Notes under the pieces: generated by a model
The model's database searches: none
Told to the model about the DNA's origin: nothing
The model's input: the letters and a program-made list of their open reading frames with translations, nothing else
Shown: piece by piece, positions 26,382 to 35,287 of the stretch
Layout of the letters: each line of letters begins with the position of its first letter
Numbering within the stretch: position 1 is the stretch's first letter
Virus record (IMG/VR): IMGVR_UViG_3300045988_073620
Location: 1-64,000 of that record
Strand: one strand, 5' to 3'
Length of the DNA: 64,000 nucleotides
DNA from: a virus
Position numbers and translations under genes: made by a program

Positions 26382-27029
26382 CTAAAAAATAAGTACGCCA
26401 TCATCGCTAAGACGAGGAAGTACTTTTGCTGTTTCGATTTCTTTGAGTGCCTGTTTCTTTGCTTCGTTTACTGCTGTCACTGCTTGGTCAGATGTTTCTT
26501 TTGTTATTTTCAAGAGCTGTGCAATCACATCTTTTTCTGATTCGGTAGGCTGTACTTCATCTACCTCAATACCTTCAAGTACTTCTACCTGCGCCAAAGT
26601 AGTATTCCACTCAATCAGGATTTCTGAATCTGAATTTACCTTTACTGCACACACAATAAACTGTAAGATACCTCTATTCTTCGCAGCATTCCGACCTATT
26701 AACCACGAAAACGAAATGTTATCACCATCTACAGTTACATCTTCACAAATATATTGGTCTTTAACGACCACTGGGGGAATTGTTGCACTGATATTTCTGA
26801 AGTTTATTCTGATTTGAAATTCTGATAAATCCAGATTATCTCCAACCACCTTGGGACATGAGAACTTTATTCGCTCGGAATTTTTATCCGATTCTACACC
26901 GCCAATCACAAGTGTTTCTGGAACTGTAATTAGTCGTGTGTCAGGGTTAATCAGGCATATATCACTGACGTTTGCAGTAAAATCTTCTGTTGTCTGGGAC
27001 TCTAAGAGCATTTCGTAAGCTGTTGCCAT
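26382..27029 (-). CDS. fibre/baseplate-associated protein (hypothetical)
   Basis: Start at MATAYEML behind AAGGGGTG. Its C-terminus ...LSDDGVLIF resembles that of 27368..27700. Confidence 0.55.
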   Translation of the reverse strand: MATAYEMLLESQTTEDFTANVSDICLINPDTRLITVPETLVIGGVESDKNSERIKFSCPKVVGDNLDLSEFQIRINFRNISATIPPVVVKDQYICEDVTVDGDNISFSWLIGRNAAKNRGILQFIVCAVKVNSDSEILIEWNTTLAQVEVLEGIEVDEVQPTESEKDVIAQLLKITKETSDQAVTAVNEAKKQALKEIETAKVLPRLSDDGVLIF

Positions 27030-27034
27030 GGTTA

Positions 27035-27352
27035 TCACCCCTTTTGAGATACTAATATTTTGTCTGTAGTTAAAATATAGTTGCCATTGTCCTTCATCCC
27101 CATGAGGGATAAAGAAAAATAATCCCATGACAATGCTTCTGGTGGAATTTCACACTGTCCATTTTGAACAAGGACTGGGTATTCGTGATCCATTCTCCAG
27201 AACGATGCAGCAACTTTGCACCCATTCCATTCTGGAGAAAACGAGAACGATGCTTTTAAGTACCCCGACGTGCCTTTTACCAAACCGCTAAAATCGCAAT
27301 TCGGGTCTGGTCTTATCTTTTGTTTGTTTACGATAAATTTTAATATACGCAT
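27035..27352 (-). CDS. hypothetical protein
   Basis: ORF track. Confidence 0.5.
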   Translation of the reverse strand: MRILKFIVNKQKIRPDPNCDFSGLVKGTSGYLKASFSFSPEWNGCKVAASFWRMDHEYPVLVQNGQCEIPPEALSWDYFSLSLMGMKDNGNYILTTDKILVSQKG

Positions 27353-27367
27353 TTTAATCTCCCTCTG

Positions 27368-27700
27368 TTACAAGATAAGAACACCATCATCTGTCAATGT
27401 CGGTGCGATAGGGTTCTGAGTTAAAAATTGGTTAACAGCTTCTTGTACCTGTTCGTCTGTCACATCCGTAATAGTGCCTAATGAATCCCATATCGTGCCA
27501 TTCCACACGACATTTGCGCCAGCACCGCCATATATAGAAGCCTGACTGATGTTGTACATATCACCAATTGACGGGCTTAATGGAAGTAAATCAACCGTAT
27601 CTACTTTTCCTTTATAAGTAATCGGCTGCTTCATTTTTTCTTCCATAGCCTTAATCTTGCTATTTAAAACCGCATATACTTTTTTCGCTGTTAATGCCAT
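27368..27700 (-). CDS. hypothetical fibre-module protein (C-terminus ...LTDDGVLIL)
   Basis: Start at MALTAKK behind GGAGGG. Confidence 0.55.
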   Translation of the reverse strand: MALTAKKVYAVLNSKIKAMEEKMKQPITYKGKVDTVDLLPLSPSIGDMYNISQASIYGGAGANVVWNGTIWDSLGTITDVTDEQVQEAVNQFLTQNPIAPTLTDDGVLIL

Positions 27701-27713
27701 ATTCCATGCCCTC

Positions 27714-27956
27714 CTACAGTTTGTACCATGTATCGGTAGGTTTGTGATATTCATACAATTCAGAAGTATCAAGACACAACGCCGAAGAACCGCTTTGTAC
27801 GTAATGCGGAAGTTTCGATACGTCCTTTGACAGACCTTCGTAATCACGAACCATGCCTTTTGCCCCTGTACATACCCAACTGCCTAAATCTGGCAATTCG
27901 TCACCGGGATTATACTTGATTCCATCAAAAATAACTGTGTTTTCTGCTTTTGCCAT
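27714..27956 (-). CDS. hypothetical protein
   Basis: ORF track. Confidence 0.5.
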   Translation of the reverse strand: MAKAENTVIFDGIKYNPGDELPDLGSWVCTGAKGMVRDYEGLSKDVSKLPHYVQSGSSALCLDTSELYEYHKPTDTWYKL

Positions 27957-28343
27957 CTATGCAACCATCCTTTCTGCCCCGATAGGAGCCACATATGTGA
28001 ACTGGTTTCCTAAAACATCTTTTGCAACGCCAATTACAAAGCATCCGTAGTCTGCCAGAATATTGCACACAAATTCCTCTGCTTCGACCCAGTATTGTTT
28101 CTTAACCATACGGTGAAGTTCTGGCAATAAACCATAACTGAACATCACGCAATGTCCTAATTCATGAATAAACACCCGGTTCAGAAGTTCCCCATGCAGA
28201 TTATTTGCAATTGAAATTGTCATTGTAGAATAATCTGATACCGCAAGTGTTCTCTGCCCTGTACGGTCAATCAGAACACTATCATGAGGTGAAACAAAGC
28301 GGACTTTCCATAAGTCCCCGTTCATATAGAATTGTCTTAGCAT
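27957..28343 (-). CDS. putative zinc metallopeptidase (HExxH)
   Basis: Contains the motif FIHELGHCVMF. Confidence 0.55.
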   Translation of the reverse strand: MLRQFYMNGDLWKVRFVSPHDSVLIDRTGQRTLAVSDYSTMTISIANNLHGELLNRVFIHELGHCVMFSYGLLPELHRMVKKQYWVEAEEFVCNILADYGCFVIGVAKDVLGNQFTYVAPIGAERMVA

Positions 28344-28419
28344 GGTTTATCACCATCCTTTTCACTAAAAAGTCCCTGCCGCATTTCTGCAACAAGGACT
28401 TATTTTAATTCTTATTTGT

Positions 28420-29046
28420 TTAGTTCATCTGCTGTATCAGGCGAGTTAAATCAGTTTTCATCGACTGCCTGAGAGTCGCGTCTGCATCCGCCCACATTTC
28501 AGACATGGTACGGATAACATCTTGTGTGTACTCTTTCATGGACTCGTCCATTTTCTTTTTGGATTCCGTGTCGTTGGAATCGTGGTAATGCCTGCGATTT
28601 TCGCTGTATCTGTCGTAGGTTTCACCGTATCTGGACTGCTTATGGTTCATTCCATCCATCCTCATATCACTACGGTCTGGATGATATCCCATGCGGTACA
28701 TATTACGCTCAAACTCTGGATTGTTCAGATATTCGTCCATCCAGTCATCATCTTCCATGTACAGATATGGTTTATATCCCATACGACTTCCTTTGCCTTT
28801 CGGGGCAAATCTGCCATTGGAATAACGATATCTGTCATATCCCATGCGTCCAAGATACTTCTCTTCCTGTTCGCATTCGTCCATAGCTTCTACGATTCTG
28901 TAATCTTTATCTGCACAAATCGCGCACTTTACGGATTCCATACAGTCTTTCAGATCGTCCCAGTCTTGAGCACTGAGATTGTCAAAGCCCTGTGTTTTGG
29001 CTTTTTCCATAGCCCATTTTCCCATTTCCATTGCAACTTTATGCAT
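28420..29046 (-). CDS. low-complexity protein with three RMGY repeats (M/Y/R/D-rich)
   Basis: RMGYDRYRY, RMGYKPYLY and RMGYHPDRS all occur. The RBS is AAAGGGGG and the start overlaps the stop of the upstream gene. Confidence 0.6.
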   Translation of the reverse strand: MHKVAMEMGKWAMEKAKTQGFDNLSAQDWDDLKDCMESVKCAICADKDYRIVEAMDECEQEEKYLGRMGYDRYRYSNGRFAPKGKGSRMGYKPYLYMEDDDWMDEYLNNPEFERNMYRMGYHPDRSDMRMDGMNHKQSRYGETYDRYSENRRHYHDSNDTESKKKMDESMKEYTQDVIRTMSEMWADADATLRQSMKTDLTRLIQQMN

Positions 29047-29471
29047 TACAGTGCCCCCTTTCTAACAGCCTGTGTAACAGGTGTGTCTGTCGTTGGGGCT
29101 GTACCATTAATTGCTGTTAAATTGTTACTTGGACTACAAGCTGGATTCCCCAACATCTTGAATACTCCGCCAGTTGCACTTGTAGCTACTCTGGTTGCAT
29201 ACTTCGTTCTAGTTCTTATTCCGCAAGCCGTAACCTGTGCACAGCAACGATTCTCTAGCGGATACAAAGTTGTTCCTGTTCCTATTTGAATCATTACCGG
29301 GGCGGTAATTGTGGTGGCTTCTGGTATACTTTGTGCGATCACAATGCAATACTTTTCTCCATTGGAATAACTGCCTGCCGGAAGTGTAACCACAAGATTC
29401 CCACCAGTAAACGATACAGACGTTGACAGAATCAGTTTCGAACAAAGCGAACATACATTCTTGCAACTCAT
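29046..29471 (-). CDS. Cys-rich hypothetical protein
   Basis: Start at MSCKNVCSLCSK... behind GGAGG. Confidence 0.55.
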   Translation of the reverse strand: MSCKNVCSLCSKLILSTSVSFTGGNLVVTLPAGSYSNGEKYCIVIAQSIPEATTITAPVMIQIGTGTTLYPLENRCCAQVTACGIRTRTKYATRVATSATGGVFKMLGNPACSPSNNLTAINGTAPTTDTPVTQAVRKGAL

Positions 29472-29472
29472 T

Positions 29473-30492
29473 TTATTTACCTCCATTCTTTAAGTACTGC
29501 TCGATTTTGTTAATATCTTTTCCCCTAAAAGTTTCATATCCTCTATGATATCTTCCGTACATCTTTCCGTAATTTTCTCCTATAACATCGCACCACTCTT
29601 TTAGATTTTTTGTGATTCCAAAGAAAGTGAAATATATGCTGTTCCTTTTATTATTTGCTTGTTCTGCGTTAGTTGACCACCGGCAATTGTTTGGTTCGTA
29701 ATTTCCATTTACATTGATACGGTCAATCGTTAAACTATCAGTGTAGCCATTCTTTATAGACCAATTGTAGAAATTATCAAAGCCATGTTCTCCTAGCCAT
29801 TCAGGGCATATATTGATTCCACGACCACCGTAATCCTTGTACCTACGATCATTTAGGTTATAACATCTGTTCTTCATGTTGTGATAAATATTGTATATCC
29901 TTGTGTGCGTCATTCCGTGAGTTGTTTCTCTTTCAGAAAGTATAGCTTTTTGCAAACAACCACATGACAATGAGCGTCCGCTTAATAGACTATCGGCATT
30001 TACTGCTTTAATTTTACCGCAATCGCATTTACAAAGATACGATAGCTTTCTATTTTTGCGTTCTACTTTTTCTAAAACAGTCCATCTTCCGTATTTTTTT
30101 CCTACTAAATCCGACCTTGAGTTTGGACATGAACCACATGTGTTTATATAGTTCGCTTTCAAGTGACTTGCTGTTCTTAGGCAAGTATTCCCGCAATCGC
30201 ATCGGCATAACCATAATGGAATTTTTCTCTTTCCGTTGGTAGAACCTTCACGCTTAATTACATATAACTTACCAAACCTTTTCCCTGTTAAGTCTACATA
30301 AGCTTTTCTTCCGCACTTTCCACAGCTGCTATAATCATTACTTTTCAATGCACTTCTTGTCCTTGTTACATCGTTTCCACAATCGCAATGGCACTCCCAT
30401 AAATAAGAGCCATTTGCCGATTTTTTACTCGATCTTCTAATGACCGTCAATTTGACAAATCTTTGTCCTGTCAAATCATTTATTTTTGTCAT
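29473..30492 (-). CDS. free-standing HNH-type homing endonuclease-like protein with three G-[KQ]-[RK]-[FY]-G...C-x-C-D-C-G modules
   Basis: The C-terminus reads ...TIDRINVNGNYEPNNCRWSTNAEQANNK. It is a paralog of 47920..49089. Confidence 0.7.
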   Translation of the reverse strand: MTKINDLTGQRFVKLTVIRRSSKKSANGSYLWECHCDCGNDVTRTRSALKSNDYSSCGKCGRKAYVDLTGKRFGKLYVIKREGSTNGKRKIPLWLCRCDCGNTCLRTASHLKANYINTCGSCPNSRSDLVGKKYGRWTVLEKVERKNRKLSYLCKCDCGKIKAVNADSLLSGRSLSCGCLQKAILSERETTHGMTHTRIYNIYHNMKNRCYNLNDRRYKDYGGRGINICPEWLGEHGFDNFYNWSIKNGYTDSLTIDRINVNGNYEPNNCRWSTNAEQANNKRNSIYFTFFGITKNLKEWCDVIGENYGKMYGRYHRGYETFRGKDINKIEQYLKNGGK

Positions 30493-30601
30493 GTGCTGTC
30501 AATCTCCTTAATTAAGTTTAATTAAATTATAACATATGTTCTATTTGACTACAACAAAAAACTGTGTTAAACTTAATTAAATTTCAGAAAGGATGTGTGA
30601 C

Positions 30602-30772
30602 ATGTCAAAAAATGAACTAAAAAATAGAGTTCGATTTTCAACTACTCTTGAACTATGCACAAACAAAAAACTTAAAGATTTTTCTCAAAAAACAGAAATT
30701 CCAATCAGTAAAATCGTAAACAATGCAATCAATGAATACATCGAAAGAAAGGAAGCTCAAAATAAGAGGTGA
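30602..30772 (+). CDS. ribbon-helix-helix protein (56 aa)
   Basis: Hand translation gives MSKNELKNRVRFSTTLELCTNKKLKDFSQKTEIPISKIVNNAINEYIERKEAQNKR. It is divergent from the HNH gene. Confidence 0.5.
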   Translation: MSKNELKNRVRFSTTLELCTNKKLKDFSQKTEIPISKIVNNAINEYIERKEAQNKR

Positions 30773-30819
30773 GCCGCAACCCACCTCTTAGAATTAGTCA
30801 ACCTCTAAGGGTGAGTTAC

Positions 30820-31632
30820 TTAGCAGCAACCGTTGTTATATCCGTTGCATCCACCGTAGTAGGTGTTTGGATTCGGAACAACGTATGCCGGGATAGCTGC
30901 CGGATTGATTGCATTGATTAACTGCTGAGTCTGAGAAGCCATAGCAGTTGTAAGCAGTGCAGACTGGCGATCCTGGGATGCAGCACGTTTCAGATCAGAA
31001 TTCTCTGCCTGTAATGTTGCAAGCTTATCATTCGTTAAGAAATCAAGGATTGCTCTTGTATTGCTGTTCTGATTGTCCAGAATATCTCTGGTATTGTTGT
31101 TCATTGTGTTCTGAAGAGCACAAGTGTTGGTTGCCAGGTTGTAGTTGATACCCTGGATAGCTTCCCTTGTTTCGCAGCAACAATTTGCTAACTGAGACTG
31201 TAATGCATTGGTATTCTGCATACCGGCTACAGTGTCAGCGTTAATTGCCTGCTGAACGCCATTGAAGCCCTGAAGCATTCCAACGTTCACGCCATTGAAG
31301 CCACTCTGCATGGTATTGTTGAGTGCATATGTGCTGTCACAGATACCCTGCTGAATGCCTCTGATACCGTTCTGAATATCATTAAGAGCAAAACTCTCGC
31401 TAATATCTGAACGGGTTGCCCATCCTTGGAATCCTGCGCCATTTGCACCGTTTCCACCATTACCACCGAAGCCACCGCCCCAGCCGCCGAAACCTCCCCA
31501 TCCGAAGATTGCGAAGATCAGTACGAGCCAGATAAGTGAAAAGCCATCGCCGCCCCACATATCATTGGCGCGATTATTAGAGCCTGTAGCGGCAGCAATG
31601 TCGCTAAGACTGTAATTTGAACCATTCATCAT
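30820..31632 (-). CDS. Gly-rich membrane protein with Cys-rich C-terminus
   Basis: One TM segment is followed by GWGGFGGWGGGFGGNGGNG, then N/Q-rich repeats, a CCC motif and the terminal ...YYGGCNGYNNGCC. Confidence 0.6.
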   Translation of the reverse strand: MMNGSNYSLSDIAAATGSNNRANDMWGGDGFSLIWLVLIFAIFGWGGFGGWGGGFGGNGGNGANGAGFQGWATRSDISESFALNDIQNGIRGIQQGICDSTYALNNTMQSGFNGVNVGMLQGFNGVQQAINADTVAGMQNTNALQSQLANCCCETREAIQGINYNLATNTCALQNTMNNNTRDILDNQNSNTRAILDFLTNDKLATLQAENSDLKRAASQDRQSALLTTAMASQTQQLINAINPAAIPAYVVPNPNTYYGGCNGYNNGCC

Positions 31633-31729
31633 GTTTTTAGTCTCCTTAAATTTTATTTACAATAGGAGACATCCGCGGCTGTCATCCCAAATTGTAGCGA
31701 TTTTTTAATCACCCAATTGTGGGGAAGTA

Positions 31730-31975
31730 TTATAATCCAAGGAATTTTTGAATAATTCCATCTGGTGATAAGTGCTTTTCGTTAAATACATTTTGCTGTA
31801 TTTGATGCAACTGATCTGTATCACCTTTTTTATACAAATCCAAAGCATTTTTCAATGTTGGATTATTTCCCGCAAATTTACTCATATCGTTCATCATGTT
31901 ATCAACACTTCCGAACCTTTGAGAAATCATTTTCTCAAATTGATTTTTTATCATGGCGTTTGGGTTGAAACTCAT
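31730..31975 (-). CDS. hypothetical protein
   Basis: ORF track. Confidence 0.5.
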   Translation of the reverse strand: MSFNPNAMIKNQFEKMISQRFGSVDNMMNDMSKFAGNNPTLKNALDLYKKGDTDQLHQIQQNVFNEKHLSPDGIIQKFLGL

Positions 31976-32475
31976 CTCTGCTTACCTCCGTTCTGCTGTC
32001 TAGTGGAATCATTTGCGACCGACATTTGTGTCGGCAGCAAATCTTTTATTCCAGAAATCTCAGAGCAAACGTCATCATGAAGCTGTTTAAACATTGCTTC
32101 AATATCAATCTGTTTTCCTTCCTGTTTTGGTTGCTGTTCGTCTGAATTTACAAGTCGGTAAACAAAGATCCTGCTTCTTCCATCGGATTGAAGCTGTTTT
32201 CTGTAGATTTCGGTTCCGTCTGTCTTCGGATAATAAACAGGATTACCGGACATATCCACATCTTTCGCCTTTACAGTGTCAATACCATCAACCATTTGTC
32301 CTTGTATCATTGGGACTTGTGGTATTTGCTGTACGGGTTGTTGCATCTGCATTTGTCCATATGGCATTGTCTGCTGATAGTTACTCTGCAATTGTGCCAG
32401 CCTGTCCTGATACGGCTGTATTTGTCCGTATGGATTGTTTATAATTGGCTGTGGGTAATACGGATAACCTGCCAT
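31972..32475 (-). CDS. Q/P/Y-rich low-complexity protein
   Basis: GGGAGG RBS. The N-terminus reads MAGYPYYPQPIINNPYGQIQPYQ.... Confidence 0.6.
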   Translation of the reverse strand: MAGYPYYPQPIINNPYGQIQPYQDRLAQLQSNYQQTMPYGQMQMQQPVQQIPQVPMIQGQMVDGIDTVKAKDVDMSGNPVYYPKTDGTEIYRKQLQSDGRSRIFVYRLVNSDEQQPKQEGKQIDIEAMFKQLHDDVCSEISGIKDLLPTQMSVANDSTRQQNGGKQR

Positions 32476-32634
32476 AGTCTGTTCCTCCCATTCTTTTTGC
32501 TTCGAGAATTACATCCATGTCATCAACTGACAGATGCTTTTCCCATAAACCTTCATAAGGGTTCTCTAACATAAGCATATTGTTTTCTCCTTATGCTTAC
32601 ATTATATAGGAAGGAACTCTTCATTTGAACGTCA

Positions 32635-32889
32635 CTATTTCGCCATATTTTCGCCACAATACAAAGAAAAGCCCCGTTCATAAGACGGGGCAACTTTCTG
32701 AATTTTCTGTTTAATTTTTCTATTTATTCGGTCAATAGTTCGTGGGCTATACCCCATAATCTCCGCTGCTTCAAGCAAAGTTTTTTCCTCATAAACTCTT
32801 AACCGAAAAAATTCTTTTTCACGTGAATCAAATCCCGATTGACTCAGATAATATTTTCTTTCATCTTCTGAAAAGTCTGTATAATTCAT
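32635..32889 (-). CDS. sigma-70 region-4-like HTH protein
   Basis: Contains ...TLLEAAEIMGYSPRTIDRINRKIKQKI.... Start at MNYTDF behind GGGAGG. Confidence 0.55.
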   Translation of the reverse strand: MNYTDFSEDERKYYLSQSGFDSREKEFFRLRVYEEKTLLEAAEIMGYSPRTIDRINRKIKQKIQKVAPSYERGFSLYCGENMAK

Positions 32890-32916
32890 ATCCACCGTCC
32901 TCCCGTACAAGTGGAA

Positions 32917-33228
32917 TTAAACTGGAAGAATACCGTTTATTATAAATCCTACCGCTGCACTAACAATCGCAGTAATGATACATACAATGATTGTGTCGTA
33001 GCGTTTACCTGGAACTGCCATAAGAATCTTTAAATTGTTATTCATCTCATCAACAGTTGACTTGATATGGTTCAAATCATTCTCGCTTAAAGCAGTTTTT
33101 CTTTCCAGTTCTCCGATACGCTCATAAAATTCCTTATGGCGTTCGGATTGTCTTTCCTGCATCTGTTGAAGATTTTTTTCAAGTTCTTCTATGCGGTGTT
33201 CGTTAAAACATTCATGTTCACATCCCAT
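32917..33228 (-). CDS. XhlA-like coiled-coil protein with C-terminal TM segment
   Basis: A coiled-coil segment (HRIEELEKNLQQMQERQ...) is followed by the TM segment IIVCIITAIVSAAVGFIINGILPV. Confidence 0.5.
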   Translation of the reverse strand: MGCEHECFNEHRIEELEKNLQQMQERQSERHKEFYERIGELERKTALSENDLNHIKSTVDEMNNNLKILMAVPGKRYDTIIVCIITAIVSAAVGFIINGILPV

Positions 33229-33343
33229 CGCCACTCCATTTCTCACTCCCTACATGATTCTTGCTTTTTCCCAACCGAAAATAAAGCAACCCAGCGACGC
33301 TTCGGGAGGACTTGATAGTGCGTCACGTGTCCCAACCATCTTT

Positions 33344-33670
33344 TTATGTCAAACTTCCTGCAAATGGAAAAACTCCATGATTGATATAGATTTCAGTCTC
33401 AGATTCCCAACTTCGGTTTACAGAAGATTCAGAATGTGAACCTTGGAATTCAGCACCTTGTTTTACAAGAAAAAAAAGTGCTAAGTCAAATATACAGTCA
33501 TAGCAATTTTCCATATCATTGCAAATTTTTTCGTCTGTATAACCAGAAGGATAATTTCTCTTCTTCTTGAATGAACGAATCGCCCGTTTAACAGATAGAG
33601 AAACCATCTCAGGATTTTCTATGTCATCAGATAAATAATTCATCAAATCATTAATAAGCTCTTCGTTCAT
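33344..33670 (-). CDS. head-tail connector (gp6-like) candidate
   Basis: Position after the capsid gene, and size. Confidence 0.45.
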   Translation of the reverse strand: MNEELINDLMNYLSDDIENPEMVSLSVKRAIRSFKKKRNYPSGYTDEKICNDMENCYDCIFDLALFFLVKQGAEFQGSHSESSVNRSWESETEIYINHGVFPFAGSLT

Positions 33671-33680
33671 TCAAAACCAC

Positions 33681-33896
33681 CTATCCTTGTTGAGTTAAAA
33701 TTTCCGCGATTATACCAGCCTTATTTGTTTGAGTCAGGGCATAGCCATTGTCACTCGCAAGCTGTCTTAACTGAAGTACAGTCATGCTTGACAGATCGCT
33801 TTCTGTGTATTTATGTATTAAATCATTATCTTCAACACTCCCTACAGCTGGTGACTGGCTGTTCTCATCAAGACTATGCCCGGTTATTCCCCCTTT
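33681..33896 (-). CDS. -1 frame extension of the capsid gene, or a small independent Rho-N/HeH-like ORF
   Basis: About 68 codons are open in the -1 frame from A_AAG_GGG (33890-33896). They end ...MTVLQLRQLASDNGYALTQTNKAGIIAEILTQQG, and there is no in-frame start before that internal ATG. Confidence 0.4.
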   Translation of the reverse strand, partial: KGGITGHSLDENSQSPAVGSVEDNDLIHKYTESDLSSMTVLQLRQLASDNGYALTQTNKAGIIAEILTQQG

Positions 33897-34921
33897 GTAC
33901 CGATAACGATACCGCCGTTGGCTTTTGGCGCAACCGGAACGAACATGCCGGATGCTTTAGTCCAAACTGCAACCGGGTCTGGTGTAGCCCACATAGACAG
34001 TGTTACAAATGAACGATTCTCCTGCTCAATGAACTGTCTGTATTCGTTCTCATCAGGAGTCGGTCCCCATAAACCAACGCCGAAAGAGCCATCGGAATTA
34101 GCAGAGTATAAAGTAAAGACACCTTCTTTGAAAATTCTTGCTTTTCCGAGAGTTCCGTCCGCTTTGTCGAAGTTGAATTTTTCTTCACAAGCATTTATCT
34201 CTGTGATTCCAAATTCTTGCTCTAAAATAAAATCAAGTTCTTGCTTTGTAAGCAATCTCTTATTTGCATTACCAAGCACAGCCGACTGTAAGCCGGTGTT
34301 GGTTCTCATGTAATTAATCATCTTTCTTGAAGTGATAGCTTTGGTAACTGCATATCCATGATCTTCGGCAATTTCAACCATTTTGTAAATGTCACCCATG
34401 ATGTCAGCATCAGGTTTAGACCAGTCAGAAAGGTCTACTTTTGCATCAGCAGGAACTCCAAAATCAACTTCCATTTTTACATTGTTTTCGTTGATAGTGA
34501 GTTTTCCATTTGCAAGAGCCTGTCCTTTCATGACTCTAGTTCTGGTAAATACGCTTCTGAATAATCTTGTTGCATCATCAAACACATATCTTGTAAGGGC
34601 TTCGTCATCAGAAACGCCGTTCTCGATAACTTCTTGTAATTTTTCTGTCTGATTGATTTTTTCCTTAATAAGGAATTTTTCTGTCATTACTTTTTCAAAT
34701 CCCGGCCTACTACCGATATGAGCTTCTGAATCAAGTGCATGAACATAAGCTACTTTTGGAAGATTCTGTCCGCTCATTAATCTGTAAAATTCCGCTTTCC
34801 AGAACTGTGTTTTAACATTCGGGAAAATTGTATCCAGAATGCTTTCATTATCTACTGGAAAATTCTGTGAAAATTTTAATCTTTCTTGTGTATCAATAGT
34901 CTCTAATACATTGTATGGCAT
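33884..34921 (-). CDS. major capsid protein (protein E-like family)
   Basis: 345 aa, positioned after the scaffold and decoration genes. The C-terminus reads ...LSMWATPDPVAVWTKASGMFVPV.... Confidence 0.85.
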   Translation of the reverse strand: MPYNVLETIDTQERLKFSQNFPVDNESILDTIFPNVKTQFWKAEFYRLMSGQNLPKVAYVHALDSEAHIGSRPGFEKVMTEKFLIKEKINQTEKLQEVIENGVSDDEALTRYVFDDATRLFRSVFTRTRVMKGQALANGKLTINENNVKMEVDFGVPADAKVDLSDWSKPDADIMGDIYKMVEIAEDHGYAVTKAITSRKMINYMRTNTGLQSAVLGNANKRLLTKQELDFILEQEFGITEINACEEKFNFDKADGTLGKARIFKEGVFTLYSANSDGSFGVGLWGPTPDENEYRQFIEQENRSFVTLSMWATPDPVAVWTKASGMFVPVAPKANGGIVIGTKGE

Positions 34922-34934
34922 TTCTTATACCTCC

Positions 34935-35273
34935 TTAAAATGTAGGGTCTTCTGTAGTTACAAATGTGATACCTTTTAAAGCCGTTTTTGCTTCTGATGT
35001 AATAGTTTGAGGAAGCCTTTTTTCTAACATTCTTCCGGCTACATAAACGCCTTCTGGTCTTTTTTCGTCATCTGTCATATCGACATCCTGTATTAAAAGC
35101 CCATATGCACTAGAATCATTACTCGGAATAACAGTTCCTGCTTTAATAATCTTTCTTCCGTTTGTTTCTGTTGCCATATTCTGTGTTACTGTATATGTTT
35201 TTGGTGTAAGCCCGATTTCAGACTCGACAAAATTTGGTGTAGACTCAAATTGTTTGGTTTTCATAAAAGCCAT
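34935..35273 (-). CDS. head decoration-like protein
   Basis: 112 aa, lying between the scaffold and capsid genes. Confidence 0.55.
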   Translation of the reverse strand: MAFMKTKQFESTPNFVESEIGLTPKTYTVTQNMATETNGRKIIKAGTVIPSNDSSAYGLLIQDVDMTDDEKRPEGVYVAGRMLEKRLPQTITSEAKTALKGITFVTTEDPTF

Positions 35274-35287
35274 AATCTCAATCTCCT

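Noticed and set aside
24637-28343. Diversity-generating retroelement or Gin/Cin-type invertible fibre segment
   Set aside because: There is no reverse transcriptase, no serine invertase and no inverted duplicate fibre 3' ends on the opposite strand. The shared ...DDGVLI(L/F) C-termini are in direct orientation and only about 70% identical at the DNA level.
28522-29289. 255-aa hydrophobic plus-strand ORF
   Set aside because: It is antisense to two minus-strand genes that have RBSs and stop/start coupling within the operon. It has no RBS. Its hydrophobicity is the mirror image of the acidic, M/Y-rich sense strand.
32381-32578. 65-aa minus-strand ORF overlapping the start of 31972..32475 by about 95 nt, and the 110-aa ORF 5720..6052
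   Set aside because: The evidence is weak. The first has an unusually long overlap and the second has a weak RBS. Neither is listed as a feature, but neither is excluded.
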